Of a stretch of DNA of 57,685 bases, positions 56,936-57,685 are shown in pieces (position 1 is the first letter of the stretch; each line of letters starts with the position of its first letter). The stretch lies in NCBI GenBank assembly GCA_045046875.1, contig JASFYY010000113.1, forward strand, positions 1-57,685, read 5' to 3'. The notes beneath the pieces are model-generated. The model did not search any database and was not told the origin of the DNA. It saw nothing but the letters and a program-made list of their open reading frames with translations. Source of the DNA: Verrucomicrobiota bacterium (GTDB lineage: Bacteria > Verrucomicrobiota > Verrucomicrobiia > Verrucomicrobiales > DEV007). The position numbers were made by a program, and so were the translations under genes.

Positions 56936-57616
56936 ATGCCATCCGTGGATACAGTGCAAAACCCGCACCCCTTTCACCGTCGCCATAAAAATGCGATTCT
57001 GTTAGCGACGCTGCTGAGCTTGATCCTGATATCACCATTAGGCCAGCTGTTCAAAGACAGCAAACTGCTTGATATGATACTGGTCACAGTGGTCATGGCG
57101 GCTTCTCTCAATGCGGTTTCCTACCGCAAACGCTCAACCCTTCTCATTGCAATTGGACTGGCAATACTGGCTGTCATTTCCGGTTGGACCCAGGCTTTTG
57201 ATAGCTCCGGGCCGCATGAAAACCACCCGATCTACTTGATTCTCACTCATTCTTTTGGTGCCGCTTTATACATCTTCATCGCAACGCTTTTATTCAAAGT
57301 CATCCTGGCTGAAGATGAGATCACTTTTGATCAGATATTTGCTGGAGTAGTAATCTATATCTTCATTGGCTTGGCTTGGGCCCACTTTTACGGACTGGGT
57401 GAGGTTTTCCACCCAGGCTCGATCACCAGCAGCAATGGCGCCGATCCTAATTTCATCTACTTCAGCTTCGTCACCCTCACCACCCTCGGTTATGGCGATA
57501 TGCTCCCCATCACTCCTATGGCCAAAGCCCTCGTCATTGTCGAAGCCATCACCGGGGTCATGTTTGTCGCCATTCTGGTCTCCACGCTGGTCGGTCGAGT
57601 AAATAGAATGCGCTGA
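56936..57616 (+). CDS. Potassium channel family protein
   Basis: Multiple TM helices; YFSFVTLTTLGYGD selectivity filter. Confidence 0.9.
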   Translation: MPSVDTVQNPHPFHRRHKNAILLATLLSLILISPLGQLFKDSKLLDMILVTVVMAASLNAVSYRKRSTLLIAIGLAILAVISGWTQAFDSSGPHENHPIYLILTHSFGAALYIFIATLLFKVILAEDEITFDQIFAGVVIYIFIGLAWAHFYGLGEVFHPGSITSSNGADPNFIYFSFVTLTTLGYGDMLPITPMAKALVIVEAITGVMFVAILVSTLVGRVNRMR

Positions 57617-57685
57617 TTTTCATCCCATGCCGAGCTACCAAAAATCCGCCTTTGGCGAACAAATCACCGGACACTCCGGCATCCG

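Overview
A ~57.7 kb, roughly 50% GC bacterial chromosomal segment, most likely from Verrucomicrobiota (inferred from PVC-type DUF1501/DUF1553, ECF/Ser-Thr kinase and PQQ-propeller genes). It holds housekeeping genes (metG, glyQS, rlmH, msrB, rlpA, phosphomannose isomerase, a SurA/PpiD-like chaperone), two ECF sigma modules, a sugar-catabolism locus with tandem ROK regulators (one frameshifted), and several small repeat or mobile elements. These elements are three copies of a TIR/TSD-bounded MITE, REP-like hairpins, and two heptamer-flanked four-helix-bundle cassettes (one intact, one decayed). The main finding is the divergent locus at ~44.4-55.4 kb. Its transaldolase carries the Arg30/Trp137/Arg171 pattern of sulfofructose transaldolase (SqvA/SftT). 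It sits with an aldehyde dehydrogenase, an IolB/KduI-type isomerase, an SlcC-like dehydrogenase, a threonine/cysteate-synthase-like PLP enzyme and a Rid protein. A NagB-like deaminase, PIG-L deacetylase and aminotransferase are transcribed divergently. I infer a variant transaldolase sulfoglycolysis pathway with a possible amino-sulfosugar entry route and in-cell desulfonation. No rRNA, tRNA or CRISPR array was recognised. All family assignments come from motif recognition by eye; no database searches were run.
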